A stretch of DNA of 64,000 nucleotides from Escherichia coli (GCF_024298765.1 NZ_CP101210.1); one strand, 5' to 3'; shown: positions 46,285 through 62,285, counted from the stretch's first letter. Notes: a model not told the origin generated them from the sequence alone. Numbers and translations are program-made.

Positions 46285-46908
46285 TTAGCGCATGTTGACA
46301 AAAATACCATTAGTCACATTATCCGTCAGTCGGACGACATGGTAGATAACCTGTTTATTATGCGTTTTGATCTTACGTTTAATATTACCTTTATGCGATG
46401 AAACGGTCTTGGCTTTGATATTCATTTGGTCAGAGATTTGAATGGTTCCCTGACCTGCCATCCACATTCGCAACATACTCGATTCGGTTCGGCTCAATGA
46501 TAACGTCGGCATATTTAAAAACGAGGTTATCGTTGTCTCTTTTTTCAGAATATCGCCAAGGATATCGTCGAGAGATTCCGGTTTAATCGATTTAGAACTT
46601 ATCAATAAATTTTTTCTGACCAATAGATATTCATCAAAATGAACATTGGCAATTGCCATAAAAACGATAAATAACGTATTGGGATGTTGATTAATGATGT
46701 GCTTGATGTGCTGACTGTTAGAAGCATCATGGATGAAACAGTCCTCATTAATAAACACCACTGAAGGGCGCTGTGAATCACAAGCTATGGCAAGGTCATC
46801 AACGGTTTCAATGTCGTTGATTTCTCTTTTTTTAACCCCTCTACTCAACAGATACCCGGTTAAACCTAGTCGGGTGTAACTACATAAATCCATAATAATC
46901 GTTGACAT
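46285..46908 (-). CDS. rcsA: Capsule synthesis co-regulator RcsA (LuxR-type HTH)
   Basis: 207 aa; C-terminal HTH; synteny with dsrA/dsrB. Confidence 0.95.
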
Positions 46909-47197
46909 GGCATACCCTCACTCAATGCGTAACGATAATTCCCCTTACCTGAATATTTCATCATGACTAAACGGAACAACATGGGTCACCTAATGCGCCA
47001 CTCTCGCGATTTTTCAGGCGGACTTACTATCCCGTAAAGTGTTGTATAATTTGCCTGGAATTGTCTTAAAGTAAAGTAAATGTTGCGATATGTGAGTGAG
47101 CTTAAAACAAATATTTCGCTGCAGGAGTATCTTGGAAGATGTTCGTAGGTATTATTTTTCGGATAATCCTTAGGATAACATGATAAACGTTACGGAA

Positions 47198-47983
47198 TTA
47201 TATTAATGGCAATTCACTAATAATATCAGCCAGCAAATTAAAAATTTCACTGAATAAATGTTCGCAAAAAGGCGCAATTAACGGCATTAATGCCGCCATT
47301 AAAGAGATACCGACAGTCAGAGTTAATGGAAATCCAATAACAAAAATGGATAATTGCGGGGCCATACGATTCAGTAAACCTAATGCCAGATTCAGGGTCA
47401 GCAGCAGAGTAATGAGCGGTAACGCCAGCATCAGCCCGTTAAGGAAAATCAAACTCCCTGCTTTGGTGAGTGCCAGAAACGCATTGCTGTTCAACGGTTC
47501 GCCACCAATAGGCAGGGTGTGAAAGGTATCGACCAGCAGTGAAATCAACCATAAATGACCGTTAAATGTCAGGAACAGCAGTAACGCCAGCATATCCATG
47601 ATACGCGCTAAAACGGGCATATTGAGATGGCTGGCCGGATCGACAAACGTCGCAAATGACAGCCCCATTTGCAGACCGATAATTTCGCCAGCGGTTCGCA
47701 CAGCGGCAAAGGCAAATTGCATGGTAAAACCAAGCGCAATGCCGATCAGGATCTGCTGCACGGCCAGCCACAGAGCAAAGAACGAAAAAACAGGAACATC
47801 GTTGGCAGGTAATGATGGGGCAATGGCGAACGTGATCATCATTGCCAGCCCCAGTTTTACCCGTTTCGGCACGCTGCGTTCGCTCAGAATTGGTGCGGTA
47901 GAAATGAGCGCCAGCACGCGCAGTAACGGCCAGAAGTACAGGCTTAACCAGGAAAGCCATTGATCGCTTGTCACCTGCATCAT
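47198..47983 (-). CDS. fliR: Flagellar export apparatus protein FliR
   Basis: 261 aa polytopic; operon position. Confidence 0.95.
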   Translation of the reverse strand: MMQVTSDQWLSWLSLYFWPLLRVLALISTAPILSERSVPKRVKLGLAMMITFAIAPSLPANDVPVFSFFALWLAVQQILIGIALGFTMQFAFAAVRTAGEIIGLQMGLSFATFVDPASHLNMPVLARIMDMLALLLFLTFNGHLWLISLLVDTFHTLPIGGEPLNSNAFLALTKAGSLIFLNGLMLALPLITLLLTLNLALGLLNRMAPQLSIFVIGFPLTLTVGISLMAALMPLIAPFCEHLFSEIFNLLADIISELPLI

Positions 47984-47991
47984 TGTACGGC

Positions 47992-48261
47992 CTACCCGAT
48001 GATATACGGCAGGTTAGTGAACAAGGTGCGGACGTAATCCAGCAACAGATTGAGCATCCACGGTCCGGCAATAATAATGGCGATAAATACGGCGATGATT
48101 TTCGGAATAAACGACAGCGTCATTTCGTTAATCTGGGTGGCGGCCTGCAAAATACTGATGATAAGACCCGTGACCAGCGCCACCAGCAACAGCGGGGCAG
48201 CCAGTGCCAGCGCGACTTTCATCGCTTCAGTCCCCATCATCATGACCGATTCAGGTGTCAT
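47992..48261 (-). CDS. fliQ: Flagellar export apparatus protein FliQ
   Basis: 89 aa; operon position. Confidence 0.95.
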   Translation of the reverse strand: MTPESVMMMGTEAMKVALALAAPLLLVALVTGLIISILQAATQINEMTLSFIPKIIAVFIAIIIAGPWMLNLLLDYVRTLFTNLPYIIG

Positions 48262-48270
48262 TTTGCCTCT

Positions 48271-49008
48271 CTAGCTGTAAAAGCTCTGCGCCAGCGAACC
48301 GACCAGCAATTGCCAACCATCCACCAGTACAAACAGCATCAGTTTAAAGGGCAGAGCAATGGTGGCTGGGGGAACCATCATCATCCCCAATGCCATCAAC
48401 ACGCTGGCAATCACCAGGTCGATAATCAAAAAAGGAATGAAAATCGTGAAGCCTATCTGAAATGCGGTTTTCAACTCGCTGGTCACGTAGGCCGGGAGCA
48501 AAATGCGCATCGGCACGGCTTCAGGTCCCTGCAACGGGCCGGTATTCGCCAGTCTGGCAAACAACCCTAAATCCGCCTCGCGGGTCTGACGCAGCATAAA
48601 CTCACGCAGCGGCTGCGCCCCTTTTTCCAGCGCCTCCTGCATTGAGATTTTCTCTTCGCTAAATGGCTGGTACGCATCGACATAAATTTTGTCGATCACC
48701 GGTGACATAATAAAAAAGGTCAAAAACAGTGCCAGCCCCAGCAATACCTGGTTAGGTGGCGCGGAGGGTGTTCCCAGCGCGTTACGCAATAAACCAAAAA
48801 CAATGATGATGCGGGTGAAACTGGTCATCATCAGTAAAATTGCCGGAATAAACGTCAACGAGGTGATGAACACCAGCGTCTGCACCGGGAGCGACCAGCT
48901 TTGTCCACCGCCAGGCAGCGGCTGGCTGGTGATACCCGGCAGTTGCGCGAAGGCGAGGGGCGTAATCAGCCAGAGAAGGACAGGTGCGACAGACAATAAA
49001 CGACGCAT
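48271..49008 (-). CDS. fliP: Flagellar export apparatus protein FliP
   Basis: 245 aa with signal peptide; operon position. Confidence 0.95.
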   Translation of the reverse strand: MRRLLSVAPVLLWLITPLAFAQLPGITSQPLPGGGQSWSLPVQTLVFITSLTFIPAILLMMTSFTRIIIVFGLLRNALGTPSAPPNQVLLGLALFLTFFIMSPVIDKIYVDAYQPFSEEKISMQEALEKGAQPLREFMLRQTREADLGLFARLANTGPLQGPEAVPMRILLPAYVTSELKTAFQIGFTIFIPFLIIDLVIASVLMALGMMMVPPATIALPFKLMLFVLVDGWQLLVGSLAQSFYS

Positions 49009-49376
49009 CAGGATCTCCCGCTACGCTTAAGCAAATTTTTCATGACCGACTGAAAATCGGTCTGCGGTATCTCTTCTGTTGGTGCTGAAGGGGGAAGTTT
49101 ATGCAGCAGATTGATTTGCCCTGCGGTAACGCCGAGCACCAGCCGTGCATCTTCCACATCGACCACCACAACCCGTTCACGCGCGCCCAGCGAAGCACTG
49201 GCGCTAATTTTCAGACCGTTAACGCCAGTGCGTTTAGGGGCAAATCCCAGCCGTTTTATCAGCCAGGCAGCAGCGAGGATCAGGGCAATAATGGTGATGA
49301 GTGCGCCGCTCACCTGCAGCAGTGGCGCAGCAGAAACCGGCGCGGAAGATTGCACAGTAGCGTGGTTATTCATCAC
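49008..49376 (-). CDS. fliO: Flagellar protein FliO
   Basis: Single TM; operon position. Confidence 0.9.
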   Translation of the reverse strand: MMNNHATVQSSAPVSAAPLLQVSGALITIIALILAAAWLIKRLGFAPKRTGVNGLKISASASLGARERVVVVDVEDARLVLGVTAGQINLLHKLPPSAPTEEIPQTDFQSVMKNLLKRSGRS

Positions 49377-49789
49377 TAACGGCTCAGGCGACGCATTCGC
49401 TCAGACGGAGTAATGATATCGGTGATCCGCACGCCATATTTATCGGCAACGACCACCACTTCGCCCTGGGCGATTAAATAACCGTTGATCAGAATATCCA
49501 GTGGTTCGCCCGCCAGACCGTCCAGCGCCACGACGGACCCTTGCGTCAGACGCAACAGCTCTTTGATGGTCATCCGCGTACGGCCCAGTTCGACGGTCAG
49601 CTTGACCGGAATATCCATAATCAGGTCGATATCCTGCAACGTTCCGCTGACATCACCACCGCCAAATTGCTGGAACACCGCGTCGGCAGCGCTTTTGCTG
49701 CTGGTTGATTTTTGTTCGCTCAACGCTTCAGCCCACAGATCGTCCATTGCGCCGTTGTTGTCATCGGCCGGATTATTCATGTCACTCAT
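49376..49789 (-). CDS. fliN: Flagellar motor switch protein FliN
   Basis: 137 aa; operon position. Confidence 0.95.
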   Translation of the reverse strand: MSDMNNPADDNNGAMDDLWAEALSEQKSTSSKSAADAVFQQFGGGDVSGTLQDIDLIMDIPVKLTVELGRTRMTIKELLRLTQGSVVALDGLAGEPLDILINGYLIAQGEVVVVADKYGVRITDIITPSERMRRLSR

Positions 49790-50790
49790 TTGGGCTGTTC
49801 CTCGTTCAGAGAATTTAAAATCGGGTTAATCAAATGTTCTATCCGTAACGCATACTGACCGTTGAGAGTGCCGTACTGACTGGTCAGCACCGGGACGCCG
49901 TCAACATGGGCGATGATGCGGTCGGGTTTTTCTATCGGCAGGACGTCGCCGGGTTTCAGTTTTAAAATCTGCGACAGGCGTAGCGAGATATCGGCAAAGT
50001 TGGCGACCAACTCCAGCTGTGAATGCTGCACCTGGCGCACCAGGTTATCGCGCCAGTTCTGATCTTCATTACGCGAGTTTTCCAGCGGCGGGTTAACCAA
50101 CAATTCCCGTAGCGGCTCGATCATGCTGAATGGCAGGCAGATATTAAATTCGCCGGTCAGGTTGCCAATCTCCACATGGAACGGCGTGTTAACCACAATG
50201 TCGTTCGGCGAGGTGGTGATATTGGTAAATTTCACCTGCATTTCCGAACGCACGTACTCAACTTCCAGCGGATTAATCGCCTTCCAGGCGTCGCTATAGC
50301 CTTCAAGCGCCAGCTTTAACATGCGGTTGATGACGCGCTGTTCGGTATGGGTAAACTCGCGACCTTCCACTTTGGTCGGGAAGCGTCCATCGCCGCCAAA
50401 CAGGTTATCCACGGCGATAAACACCAGACTCGGTGAAAACACCACCAGCCCTGTGCCGCGCAGCGGTTTCAGATGGATAAGGTTCAGGTTGGTCGGCACC
50501 GGCAGGTTGCGGGCAAATTCATGGTACGGCTGAATGCGGATGGCCCCGACGGTTATATCCGGGCTACGACGCAGCAGGTTGAACAGCCCCATACGAAAAT
50601 GGCGGGCAAAGCGCTCATTAATGATTTCCAGCGCCTGCAAACGTTCGCGCACAACCCGTCGTTGGGTATTCGGATCGTACGGACGAATGTCACTTTCGCC
50701 GCTAACACTGGCTGTCGGTTCGTCTTTGACTTCGCTGTCACCATTCAACAGCGCATCAATTTCAGCTTGAGAAAGAATACTATCGCCCAT
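49786..50790 (-). CDS. fliM: Flagellar motor switch protein FliM
   Basis: 334 aa from MGDSILSQAEIDALL; upstream in-frame extension in ORF track not used. Confidence 0.95.
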   Translation of the reverse strand: MGDSILSQAEIDALLNGDSEVKDEPTASVSGESDIRPYDPNTQRRVVRERLQALEIINERFARHFRMGLFNLLRRSPDITVGAIRIQPYHEFARNLPVPTNLNLIHLKPLRGTGLVVFSPSLVFIAVDNLFGGDGRFPTKVEGREFTHTEQRVINRMLKLALEGYSDAWKAINPLEVEYVRSEMQVKFTNITTSPNDIVVNTPFHVEIGNLTGEFNICLPFSMIEPLRELLVNPPLENSRNEDQNWRDNLVRQVQHSQLELVANFADISLRLSQILKLKPGDVLPIEKPDRIIAHVDGVPVLTSQYGTLNGQYALRIEHLINPILNSLNEEQPK

Positions 50791-50794
50791 GTCG

Positions 50795-51259
50795 TTATCG
50801 CAGAATAAAAGCGGTATACAGCACGTCGGTGACATCCTGTTTCGGTTGCCCGGCAACAAGCGGGGTGGAAAGCGTGGTTTTAATCTCGGCAATCAGGTTT
50901 TTCTTGCCTTCTTCTGTCGCCAGTACGGCAGCATCCTGACGCGAAAACAGTAACAGCAAACGGCTACGGACTTCCGGCAAATACTCACTCAGCCGCGAGC
51001 GGGTAGCTTCATCTTTCAGGCGCAGGGTTATGCCGATATAAAGTACGCGATCTGCATCGCCCAGATTGACCGTAAAGGTATCCAGCGCATAGAAGACCGG
51101 GGAGGGCACGACGCGTTGCTGCGCTTTGTCGTCAGCGGCAACCTGATGCGAATGCCAGTAGCTGTAACCTGCGCTGGCACAGGCCGCGAGGGTAATGAAT
51201 ACCAGAATCGGGATCCAAAGCGATCGCTTGCTTTTCTTGCTTATCGCGTAATCAGTCAT
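50795..51259 (-). CDS. fliL: Flagellar basal-body-associated protein FliL
   Basis: 154 aa single TM; operon position. Confidence 0.95.
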   Translation of the reverse strand: MTDYAISKKSKRSLWIPILVFITLAACASAGYSYWHSHQVAADDKAQQRVVPSPVFYALDTFTVNLGDADRVLYIGITLRLKDEATRSRLSEYLPEVRSRLLLLFSRQDAAVLATEEGKKNLIAEIKTTLSTPLVAGQPKQDVTDVLYTAFILR

Positions 51260-51363
51260 GTGTTGCGGTCTTCCTGTGTCGCTACTGCTTATCGGCTAAT
51301 TATCCTGCGTCTTGAGCGCAACAAAGCGGGGAAAAGACGCGGATTACGGTGCTACCTCTGACG

Positions 51364-52491
51364 TTAGGCGAAAATATCAACGCCGCTGTTGCCTGTTACA
51401 CGTACTTGTAAAGAGACGGGAACCGGAAGCGTATCGTCGTCTTCCCCCGCCAGAGGTTCATGGTTTGCTGTGCGTTGGCTTTGCTGTTGCTGGGAAGCGG
51501 CCTGCTGCTGACCACTAAAGCTTTCGCCACTGATGTTGCTTTGCCCTAACTGAATGCCACTTTCGGCCAGCTGCGTTCGCAGTACCGGAAGCGCTGCTTC
51601 CAGGGCGGCGCGTACGTGTTGATGCGGTGAAACCATCTGGATTTGCGCCTGGTTATCATCCACTTTGAGGGAGATTTGCACTTCACCTAAATCCTGCGGG
51701 TGCAGACGCAACTCTGCACTTTGTTGCCCCTGGCGGGTGAACAGCGAAATATGCTGGCTTAATGATTGTTGCCATTCGTGAGAACCCAGCGGTGCACTCA
51801 ACACAGGCGCGGCGACGGTGGGCAGTGGCTGTGTCTGGTGTGGAGTGATTAGCGGGCTGGCGGCAGCGGTCACCGGTGAAGGTGTGCTGATGACTTCCGC
51901 TTTACTCTGGGCTTCTGCTACCAGCGGTGTTAATGGCTGAGCTGGCGTGCCGGGGGCATCATCAGGCTGTGCTGTTGTGAGTTGCGCAGAAGTCAGTTTT
52001 GTGAAGAGCGTTGGTTTCTCTGCCGGTAACACGGTTGACGGCACATCAGTCACTTTGGGCGTATTGTCAAAACCCGGCAACATCGCAAAAAGGGCGCTCA
52101 GGCTTGCGGTGACGTCTTCATTCAGATCATCCGCTTTTTCGTCTTTTGCCGTATTGTTGCCAGCCACCGCAGCCAACGTCATCGTTTGAGCGGTGGTTAA
52201 TGGTGTTGATGTGGATTGTTCGTCGTTGATGACAGGCGGTGTTTCATCCACAGGGATCAGTAAATCCGCTTGTTGCGCATCGGCAAGAATCTCGCTGACC
52301 AGCGGCTCGCCTTTTGTCGTGGGCTTATCTGTTGCCACCAGCAACTGGGGGGCCGCTTTGTCGGTAGTTGTCTCGCCTGCTAATGCTTCGCTCAACAACG
52401 CGAGAAAATCTTGTGCAGCATCGCTGGCTTTGCCGCCAGGCAATGTGGTGGTGTCAACGTCGGCGGTAATCAAGGGCGCTAAGCGAATCAT
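51364..52491 (-). CDS. fliK: Flagellar hook-length control protein FliK
   Basis: 375 aa Pro/Gln-rich; operon position. Confidence 0.95.
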   Translation of the reverse strand: MIRLAPLITADVDTTTLPGGKASDAAQDFLALLSEALAGETTTDKAAPQLLVATDKPTTKGEPLVSEILADAQQADLLIPVDETPPVINDEQSTSTPLTTAQTMTLAAVAGNNTAKDEKADDLNEDVTASLSALFAMLPGFDNTPKVTDVPSTVLPAEKPTLFTKLTSAQLTTAQPDDAPGTPAQPLTPLVAEAQSKAEVISTPSPVTAAASPLITPHQTQPLPTVAAPVLSAPLGSHEWQQSLSQHISLFTRQGQQSAELRLHPQDLGEVQISLKVDDNQAQIQMVSPHQHVRAALEAALPVLRTQLAESGIQLGQSNISGESFSGQQQAASQQQQSQRTANHEPLAGEDDDTLPVPVSLQVRVTGNSGVDIFA

Positions 52492-52931
52492 TCAGGTTTC
52501 CTCATGGCGGCGCGCTGGGCGAACTCATCCATCTTTTTCTGATCGAGGCGGTTTTCTGCAAGCAGTGCCGCCGTGGATTGCCGTTCCTGCAGTGTCTGCC
52601 AGGCCTGCAAACGTTGTTTCTTTTCTCGCCAGCTGTTCAGGGCAATGTCAACTTTCTGCGTCCACTGATTAAGTTGCTGGCGATGCTGAGTAATGGCTTT
52701 TTCCAACGTCTGGATAAACTGCTGATAGTTGATCCAGCGGTTGCTGGTCATCCCGGCACTCATATCGCTATTGAGGTTATTGCGATATTCATTCTGATAA
52801 TCGATCAGCATTTTGAGCTGTTCTTCCGCCTGCTGACATCCGCGACGCATTTCACCCAGCAGGCGCGCGGCATCCTCTACCTCTTTTTCTGCCAGATCTT
52901 TCAGGGTCGCCAGCGCACCATGTTCTGCCAT
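52488..52931 (-). CDS. fliJ: Flagellar export chaperone FliJ
   Basis: 147 aa coiled coil; operon position. Confidence 0.95.
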   Translation of the reverse strand: MAEHGALATLKDLAEKEVEDAARLLGEMRRGCQQAEEQLKMLIDYQNEYRNNLNSDMSAGMTSNRWINYQQFIQTLEKAITQHRQQLNQWTQKVDIALNSWREKKQRLQAWQTLQERQSTAALLAENRLDQKKMDEFAQRAAMRKPE

Positions 52932-52949
52932 CTGCCGTTATCTCCTGGG

Positions 52950-54322
52950 TTATGACACTGTCGGGAAAATACGCTCCAGCCCCTGGAGAGACGCTTCCCA
53001 GTCCGCGCGTTCAAAAATGCCTTGTTGCAAATAGCCCTCCAGCTGCGGCCACAGGGCGATGGCTTTATCGAGCATCGGATCGCTGCCTTTGGCATACGCG
53101 CCGACGCTAACCAGATCTCGGTTACGCTGAAAACTCGACAACAGCTGTTTGAAGGTGCGCACTCGCGCGTAATGTTGCTCGCTGATCAACGCCGTCATTG
53201 CGCGGCTGATCGACGCTTCAATATCGATAGCCGGATAGTGCCCGGCTTCCGCCAGTCGGCGAGACAGCACAATGTGACCGTCGAGGATTGCCCGCGCGGA
53301 GTCGGCAATGGGGTCCTGCTGGTCATCGCCCTCGGTGAGCACGGTATAAAACGCGGTAATCGATCCGCCGCCGCTAATGCCATTTCCGGCACGCTCGACC
53401 AGTGCAGGTAATTTGGCAAACACCGACGGGGGATAACCTTTGGTGGCGGGTGGTTCGCCAATCGCCAGCGCAATTTCACGCTGGGCCATCGCGTAGCGGG
53501 TGAGGGAGTCCATAATCAGCAACACATGCTGACCACGATCGCGAAAATCTTCGGCAATGCGCGTGGCATAGGCGGCACCTTGCATTCGCAGAAGCGGAGA
53601 GACATCCGCCGGAGCGGCAATCACCACGGAGCGTGCACGCCCTTCGGCACCGAGGATATTCTCAATAAAATCTTTTACTTCGCGCCCACGTTCACCAATC
53701 AAACCCACGACAATGACATCGGCGCGGGTGTAACGTGCCATCATCCCCAGCAGCACACTTTTACCAACGCCGGACCCGGCAAACAGCCCCATACGCTGCC
53801 CGCGCCCAACGGTAAGCAGGGCATTGATTGGGCGCACGCCGGTGTCCAGCACATGTTCAATCGGTGTACGTTGCAACGGGTTAAATGGCGGGGTAATCAG
53901 CGCACCGGTTTCCGTCGTATCGGGGGAGGGCAGGCCATCGAGCGGCTTACCGCTGCCGTCCAGAACGCGACCTAATAACGCCGGACCGAGCGGCAACTGC
54001 TTGCCGCTTTGCAGTCCTTCAGCCGAAATGTTTTTGGCATAAACCCGCGCGCCGGGCAGGACACCTTCCACTTCCTCCAGCGGCATTAAAAACAGCCGTT
54101 GACCGTTAAAGCCAACGACTTCGCTTTCTACTTCGTGCGTTTCGCTGCCGTTCTGGCGTTCAATGACACAGGTTGCGCCGAGCGGCAATTGTAATCCGGT
54201 GGCTTCCAGCACCAGCCCGGTAGCGCGGGTTAATCGCCCATAGCGACGTACCGCAGGCAACTGCGCCATTTTGGCTTCAAAGTTATCCAGCGTGGTTAGC
54301 CAGCGAGTCAGGCGCGTGGTCA

Positions 54323-54323
<1 letters not shown>
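52950..54323 (-). CDS. fliI: Flagellum-specific ATPase FliI
   Basis: Walker A GSGVGKS; 457 aa. Confidence 0.95.
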
Positions 54324-57648
<3,325 letters not shown>

Positions 57649-57862
57649 CGCGCACCTCGTGGCTGATTATGGACGGCGTTATTGGCAAAGTGGAACAAGA
57701 CTCACTCCCGGGTCAGCAAACTCGAAAAATTGACGCTCCCATTATTTGTGCTTTCGTTTTTTTCTATCCGCCAATAAACCCGTTTTTTTGTTGCTATTTA
57801 GCGCCTTTGTCTTATTGACTTACTGGTAGGCTTTGCTACCAGAAATTATCCGGGAGATGAAA

Positions 57863-58177
57863 ATGTCAGCGATACAGGGGATTGAAGGGGTTATCAGCCA
57901 GTTACAGACCACGGCGATGAGTGCGCGTGCGCAGGAATCACTGCCGCAACCGACAATTAGTTTTGCCGGGCAGCTGCACGCCGCGCTCGATCGCATAAGC
58001 GATACACAAACAGCCGCCCGCACGCAGGCAGAAAAATTCACCCTCGGTGAGCCCGGCGTGGCGCTAAACGATGTGATGACCGATATGCAAAAAGCCTCAG
58101 TTTCTATGCAAATGGGGATTCAGGTGCGTAATAAGCTGGTGGCGGCGTATCAGGAAGTGATGTCCATGCAGGTGTAG
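57863..58177 (+). CDS. fliE: Flagellar hook-basal body protein FliE
   Basis: 104 aa from [15 protein letters not shown]; divergent from fliF. Confidence 0.95.
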   Translation: MSAIQGIEGVISQLQTTAMSARAQESLPQPTISFAGQLHAALDRISDTQTAARTQAEKFTLGEPGVALNDVMTDMQKASVSMQMGIQVRNKLVAAYQEVMSMQV

Positions 58178-58520
58178 GTTTTGTAACCTGTTGACTATGC
58201 TTGTTTATTATATCCGATCCCACAGCGTGGGGCATGGATGGGGCAAACTCACTCAATTTCTGGTTTAAAATGGATACCTGATCCTGAAAGTTTTCTGCCA
58301 TCCACGATCCGTAAACGCGATAACATGTTTTGTCTTCGCTTTGCTCCCAGGAAGAGTGAACTCATTCGTTAGCCTGGGGTTCCTTCTGATCATTATTGTT
58401 CCTGCCTTTATCTCTTGCCACGCCAGAGCCCCCTGGATACACATACACCAGGATGAAAACGGTGAGTTGTGTTCAAACTGTAGTACAATTCTCTCCAGTA
58501 TGAACAGGAAAGAATATGCT

Positions 58521-58853
58521 ATGAACCCTTATATTTATCTTGGTGGCGCAATACTTGCAGAGGTCATTGGTACAACCTTAATGAAGTTTTCAGAGGGGTT
58601 TACACGGTTATGGCCCTCTGTTGGCACAATTATTTGCTATTGTGCATCATTCTGGTTATTAGCTCAGACGCTGGCTTATATACCTACAGGGATTGCTTAT
58701 GCTATCTGGTCAGGCGTCGGTATCGTTCTGATTAGTTTGCTTTCCTGGGGATTTTTTGGTCAACGACTGGACCTGCCAGCTATCATAGGCATGATGTTGA
58801 TTTGTGCCGGTGTGTTAGTCATTAACTTGTTGTCACGAAGTGCACCGCATTAA
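58521..58853 (+). CDS. emrE: Small multidrug resistance efflux protein EmrE
   Basis: 110 aa, near-identical to K-12 EmrE as recalled (MNPYIYLGGAILAEVIGTTLMKFSEG...). Confidence 0.9.
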   Translation: MNPYIYLGGAILAEVIGTTLMKFSEGFTRLWPSVGTIICYCASFWLLAQTLAYIPTGIAYAIWSGVGIVLISLLSWGFFGQRLDLPAIIGMMLICAGVLVINLLSRSAPH

Positions 58854-59021
58854 AAAATAATTATCCTTGAGATAACAGGAATCTGATTTGTGCATATTAT
58901 GGCTAATGTTCGGGGCACCTTTATAATTATGATTGCATTTGCGCGATCATTGCGCCTTTATGCATAATGAGATCAAGGCACATCAAATAAAATAACGATA
59001 GGTCACAACAATGAGGTTTTT

Positions 59022-59573
59022 ATGAAAAAACTTATCGTTTCAAGTGTATTGGCATTCATAACATTTTCTGCGCAGGCCGCAGCATTTCAGGTCACTAGTA
59101 ATGAAATAAAAACAGGAGAGCAACTTACAACGTCTCATGTATTTTCTGGATTTGGGTGTGAAGGTGGTAATACATCGCCCTCATTAACCTGGTCTGGTGC
59201 TCCTGAAGGCACCAAAAGCTTTGCCGTAACTGTGTATGATCCAGATGCTCCTACAGGCAGTGGATGGTGGCACTGGACTGTTGCTAATATTCCAGCAACT
59301 GTAACATATTTGCCCGCTGATGCAGGAAGACGTGATGGTACAAAACTTCCGACTGGTGCTGTTCAAGGCCGAAATGATTTTGGTTATGCAGGATTTGGTG
59401 GAGCATGTCCTCCCAAAGGAGATAAACCCCATCATTACCAGTTTAAAGTATGGGCTCTAAAAACTGATAAAATTCCTGTGGATTCTAATTCCAGCGGAGC
59501 GTTAGTTGGTTATATGCTTAATGCCAATAAAATTGCAACCGCTGAGATAACACCAGTTTATGAGATAAAGTAG
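59022..59573 (+). CDS. ybcL: PEBP/YbcL-family periplasmic protein
   Basis: Signal peptide; near-identical to DLP12 YbcL as recalled. Confidence 0.85.
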   Translation: MKKLIVSSVLAFITFSAQAAAFQVTSNEIKTGEQLTTSHVFSGFGCEGGNTSPSLTWSGAPEGTKSFAVTVYDPDAPTGSGWWHWTVANIPATVTYLPADAGRRDGTKLPTGAVQGRNDFGYAGFGGACPPKGDKPHHYQFKVWALKTDKIPVDSNSSGALVGYMLNANKIATAEITPVYEIK

Positions 59574-59582
59574 GGTAAGAGT

Positions 59583-60380
59583 ATGCTGGCAAAAGATAAG
59601 ACTAACCTAAAGATTGAAGAAATACGGATGCATAAACATCATGAGATTCACAGGGTTAAGCCTCTTATGCCAGCTTTATGTCGTATCCGTCAGGGAAAAA
59701 AAGTTATCAATTGGGAGACGCATAGTCTAACTGTTGATAATAATCAGATAATATTATTTCCCTGTGGATATGAATTTTATATTGCGAATTATCCAGAAGC
59801 AGGTCTTTATCTTGCAGAAATGCTTTATTATCCCATTGATCTAATTGAAAAGTTTCAAAAATTTTATGCGATAACTGATCAAATTCGTAACACGACAGGT
59901 TTCTGCTTACCTCAGAACCCCGAGTTAATATATTGTTGGGAGCAACTAAAAACATCTATTTCCCGAGGCTTCTCAACGCAAATTCAGGAACACTTAGCAA
60001 TGGGCGTTCTACTTTCATTAGGAGCACATCATGTTAATTGTTTACTTTTATCAGATAGTAAACAATCATTAATAAGTCGTTGTTATAACCTAATGCTATC
60101 CGAACCTGGAACAAAATGGACAGCAAACAAGGTAGCGAGATATCTCTACATTTCTGTTTCCACATTGCATCGCCGTCTGGCAAGCGAGGGAGTAAGTTTT
60201 CAAAGTATATTGGACGACGTGAGGTTAAATAATGCGTTGTCTGCTATACAAACGACAGTAAAACCCATCAGCGAGATTGCCAGGGAAAATGGTTACAAGT
60301 GTCCTTCTCGTTTTACTGAAAGGTTCCATAATCGTTTTAAGATAACACCAAGAGAGCTAAGAAAAGCGTCCAGAGAGTAA
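59583..60380 (+). CDS. ybcM: AraC-family transcriptional regulator (DLP12 YbcM-like)
   Basis: C-terminal AraC-type HTH; position after ybcL. Confidence 0.8.
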   Translation: MLAKDKTNLKIEEIRMHKHHEIHRVKPLMPALCRIRQGKKVINWETHSLTVDNNQIILFPCGYEFYIANYPEAGLYLAEMLYYPIDLIEKFQKFYAITDQIRNTTGFCLPQNPELIYCWEQLKTSISRGFSTQIQEHLAMGVLLSLGAHHVNCLLLSDSKQSLISRCYNLMLSEPGTKWTANKVARYLYISVSTLHRRLASEGVSFQSILDDVRLNNALSAIQTTVKPISEIARENGYKCPSRFTERFHNRFKITPRELRKASRE

Positions 60381-60536
60381 AAGTATTTTATGAAGGAGCA
60401 ACAGCATCGATTTTTATTTTGGAAAATAAATACGGCATACTCAACCTATTGGAGTCTGAACAATCCGGTGACTTCTGCGCTAATCGGGGACGTTTCTAAG
60501 CACATATAATTGATACTATCTTCCTCCATCACAATT

Positions 60537-60890
60537 TCAGAAATGCACGTGTGATTTTTTTGCATCCGGCGTTTGGACTATGTGGAGCTCAAGAGTGGGA
60601 AAGTTACAAGAGGTTGAGGGGATAATTAAAGGGATGCTTATGACATTAGATATCCGGTTAGGTGCGGATATCGTTGTTATTAAATCTAGTTGATACGTTA
60701 AGATGCAGCTACTGACAAAATAGCCAGGACTCCACAAAACGCCTTTGTCGTAATACCTGACTGCAATATCTGGTCGATCTCGTCGCAGTAACCTACTCGA
60801 TACGCCTTTGAGGCTGTTTACCAGACTGGATATCGCCAGTTTGGGAGGATAGTTAATTAACAAATGGACGTGATCTGGTCCGCCATCCAT
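60537..60890 (-). pseudogene. IS200/IS605-family TnpA (HUH transposase) remnant, 5'-truncated
   Basis: HVHLL HUH motif and KGxSSR segment present; N-terminal ~55 aa missing; divergent C-terminus. Confidence 0.65.
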
Positions 60891-60991
60891 TTCAACCCGT
60901 TCAGCTTCAAAATCAGCACATACATTTGAAAAGTAAGTGCGTAGTTTTTCTGTCGCGTCATGGTCAAAAATCTGACGTCGGTATTTAGAGC

Positions 60992-61797
60992 CTATCCCAA
61001 TAGGGTTTTGTTCCAGACAATGACACCACAGGCAAAATGCAGCATCGCCTCATAATTCTCGACCTTCTTCTCCCAACGAGTCAGGACACGGCGGTAGCGA
61101 TTCATCCAACTGTGTGTTCTCTCTACAACCCAGCGGTGAGCCTTAAAATCCGTGTATTTGATGGCCTCTGACTCATCCTTTCGTGACTGGATATGAGGTT
61201 CATAGCGACGACTTTTCAGATACGATTCCAGCCATTCCGCTTCATACCCTTTGTCCATGCACAACCGGAGCCTCTTGCCCGGTCTGCCCGTCTGGAGGGC
61301 ATCGAGCGTATCCGTAACCAACTTTATGTCGTGCGTATTTGCTCCGGCAACAACCAGTGCAAGCGGTAGCCCGTTCCCGTCAGTCATCAGACTGCGCTTT
61401 ACGCCCTGTTTCCCCCGGTCTGTAGGGTTCTTGCCTGTTTTTTTGAGCCTGCCAGCGGTGATTTGGTTATACAACCATCCATCGACAGCCACGACCAGTC
61501 AATAGAGTCCAACTGTTCGCAAGCAAGCAACCCATTTTACCAGAAGCGTTCAAATACTCCGGCATCTCGCCACTCCTGAAATCGGCGATGAGCAGAGCTT
61601 GACGAGCATATACCGGTGGCATTCAGCGCATTCCATTGGCAGCCCGTCCTGAGTACGAAGAAAATGGCGTTCATTGCAGCGCGATTATCAACCCGCTTGC
61701 GGTGCGTACCCAGCGGGTGTTGAGTTTTATGCTCCGGGATGAGTGGAGCCATTTTCTCCCAGAGTCCATCACTGATCTGCCACTTGTTGCCCGCCAC
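60992..61797 (-). mobile_element. IS5-family insertion sequence transposase, split into two ORFs (61537-61797 N-terminal HTH part; 60992-61492 DDE part)
   Basis: N-terminal ...LRTGCQWNAL...RFQEWRDAGVFERFW and C-terminal HRWVVERTHSWMN motifs typical of IS5 family; the two ORFs are separated by an in-frame stop, not a simple slippery-site overlap. Confidence 0.7.
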
Positions 61798-61943
61798 ACT
61801 TCGCCCTCAGAAATTATCATATTGTATTATCTGACAATTCCTTTTGGGATAGGTTCTTAGTAACGAAGACTAGGTGAACATGCTTCAGGAAAACACAATG
61901 CCTTCCGCGTCGGATATCGGTTTCTTTTTTCATAGGCCAAAGT

Positions 61944-62285
61944 ATGATTTGGCCCATGAAACGACTACAGGCATTCAAATTCCGGTTAAGACCAGGTGGT
62001 CAACAGGAGCGTGAAATGAGGCGCTTCGCAGGCGCATGTCGTTTCGTTTTCAATCGTGCTCTGGCGCTTCAGAATGAGAATCATGAGGCCGGTAATAAAT
62101 ACATCCCTTACGGGAAAATGGCTTCCTGGTTGGTTGAGTGGAAAAATGCCACTGAAACGCAATGGCTTAAAGATTCGCCCTCACAGCCATTGCAACAGTC
62201 ACTGAAAGACCCTGAGCGGGCTTACAAAAACTTCTTCCGGCTTCGTCACCACGCTCAAACGGTGTGCTACCTATCGCGGCTATAA
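61944..62285 (+). pseudogene. IS200/IS605-family TnpB N-terminal fragment (about 98 aa of roughly 400)
   Basis: MKRLQAFKFRLRP...RFVFNRALA...AYKNFF signature then loss of similarity. Confidence 0.65.

Noticed and set aside
58104-58301. 65-aa minus-strand ORF overlapping the fliE 3' end
   Set aside because: Overlaps a conserved gene antisense; Pro-rich low-complexity translation; no RBS.
60992-61797. Programmed -1 frameshift joining the two IS5-family transposase ORFs
   Set aside because: The downstream frame has a stop codon 9 nt upstream of its start and the ORFs are separated by about 45 nt, so a simple slippery-site fusion is not supported; more likely an inactivated or otherwise disrupted transposase.
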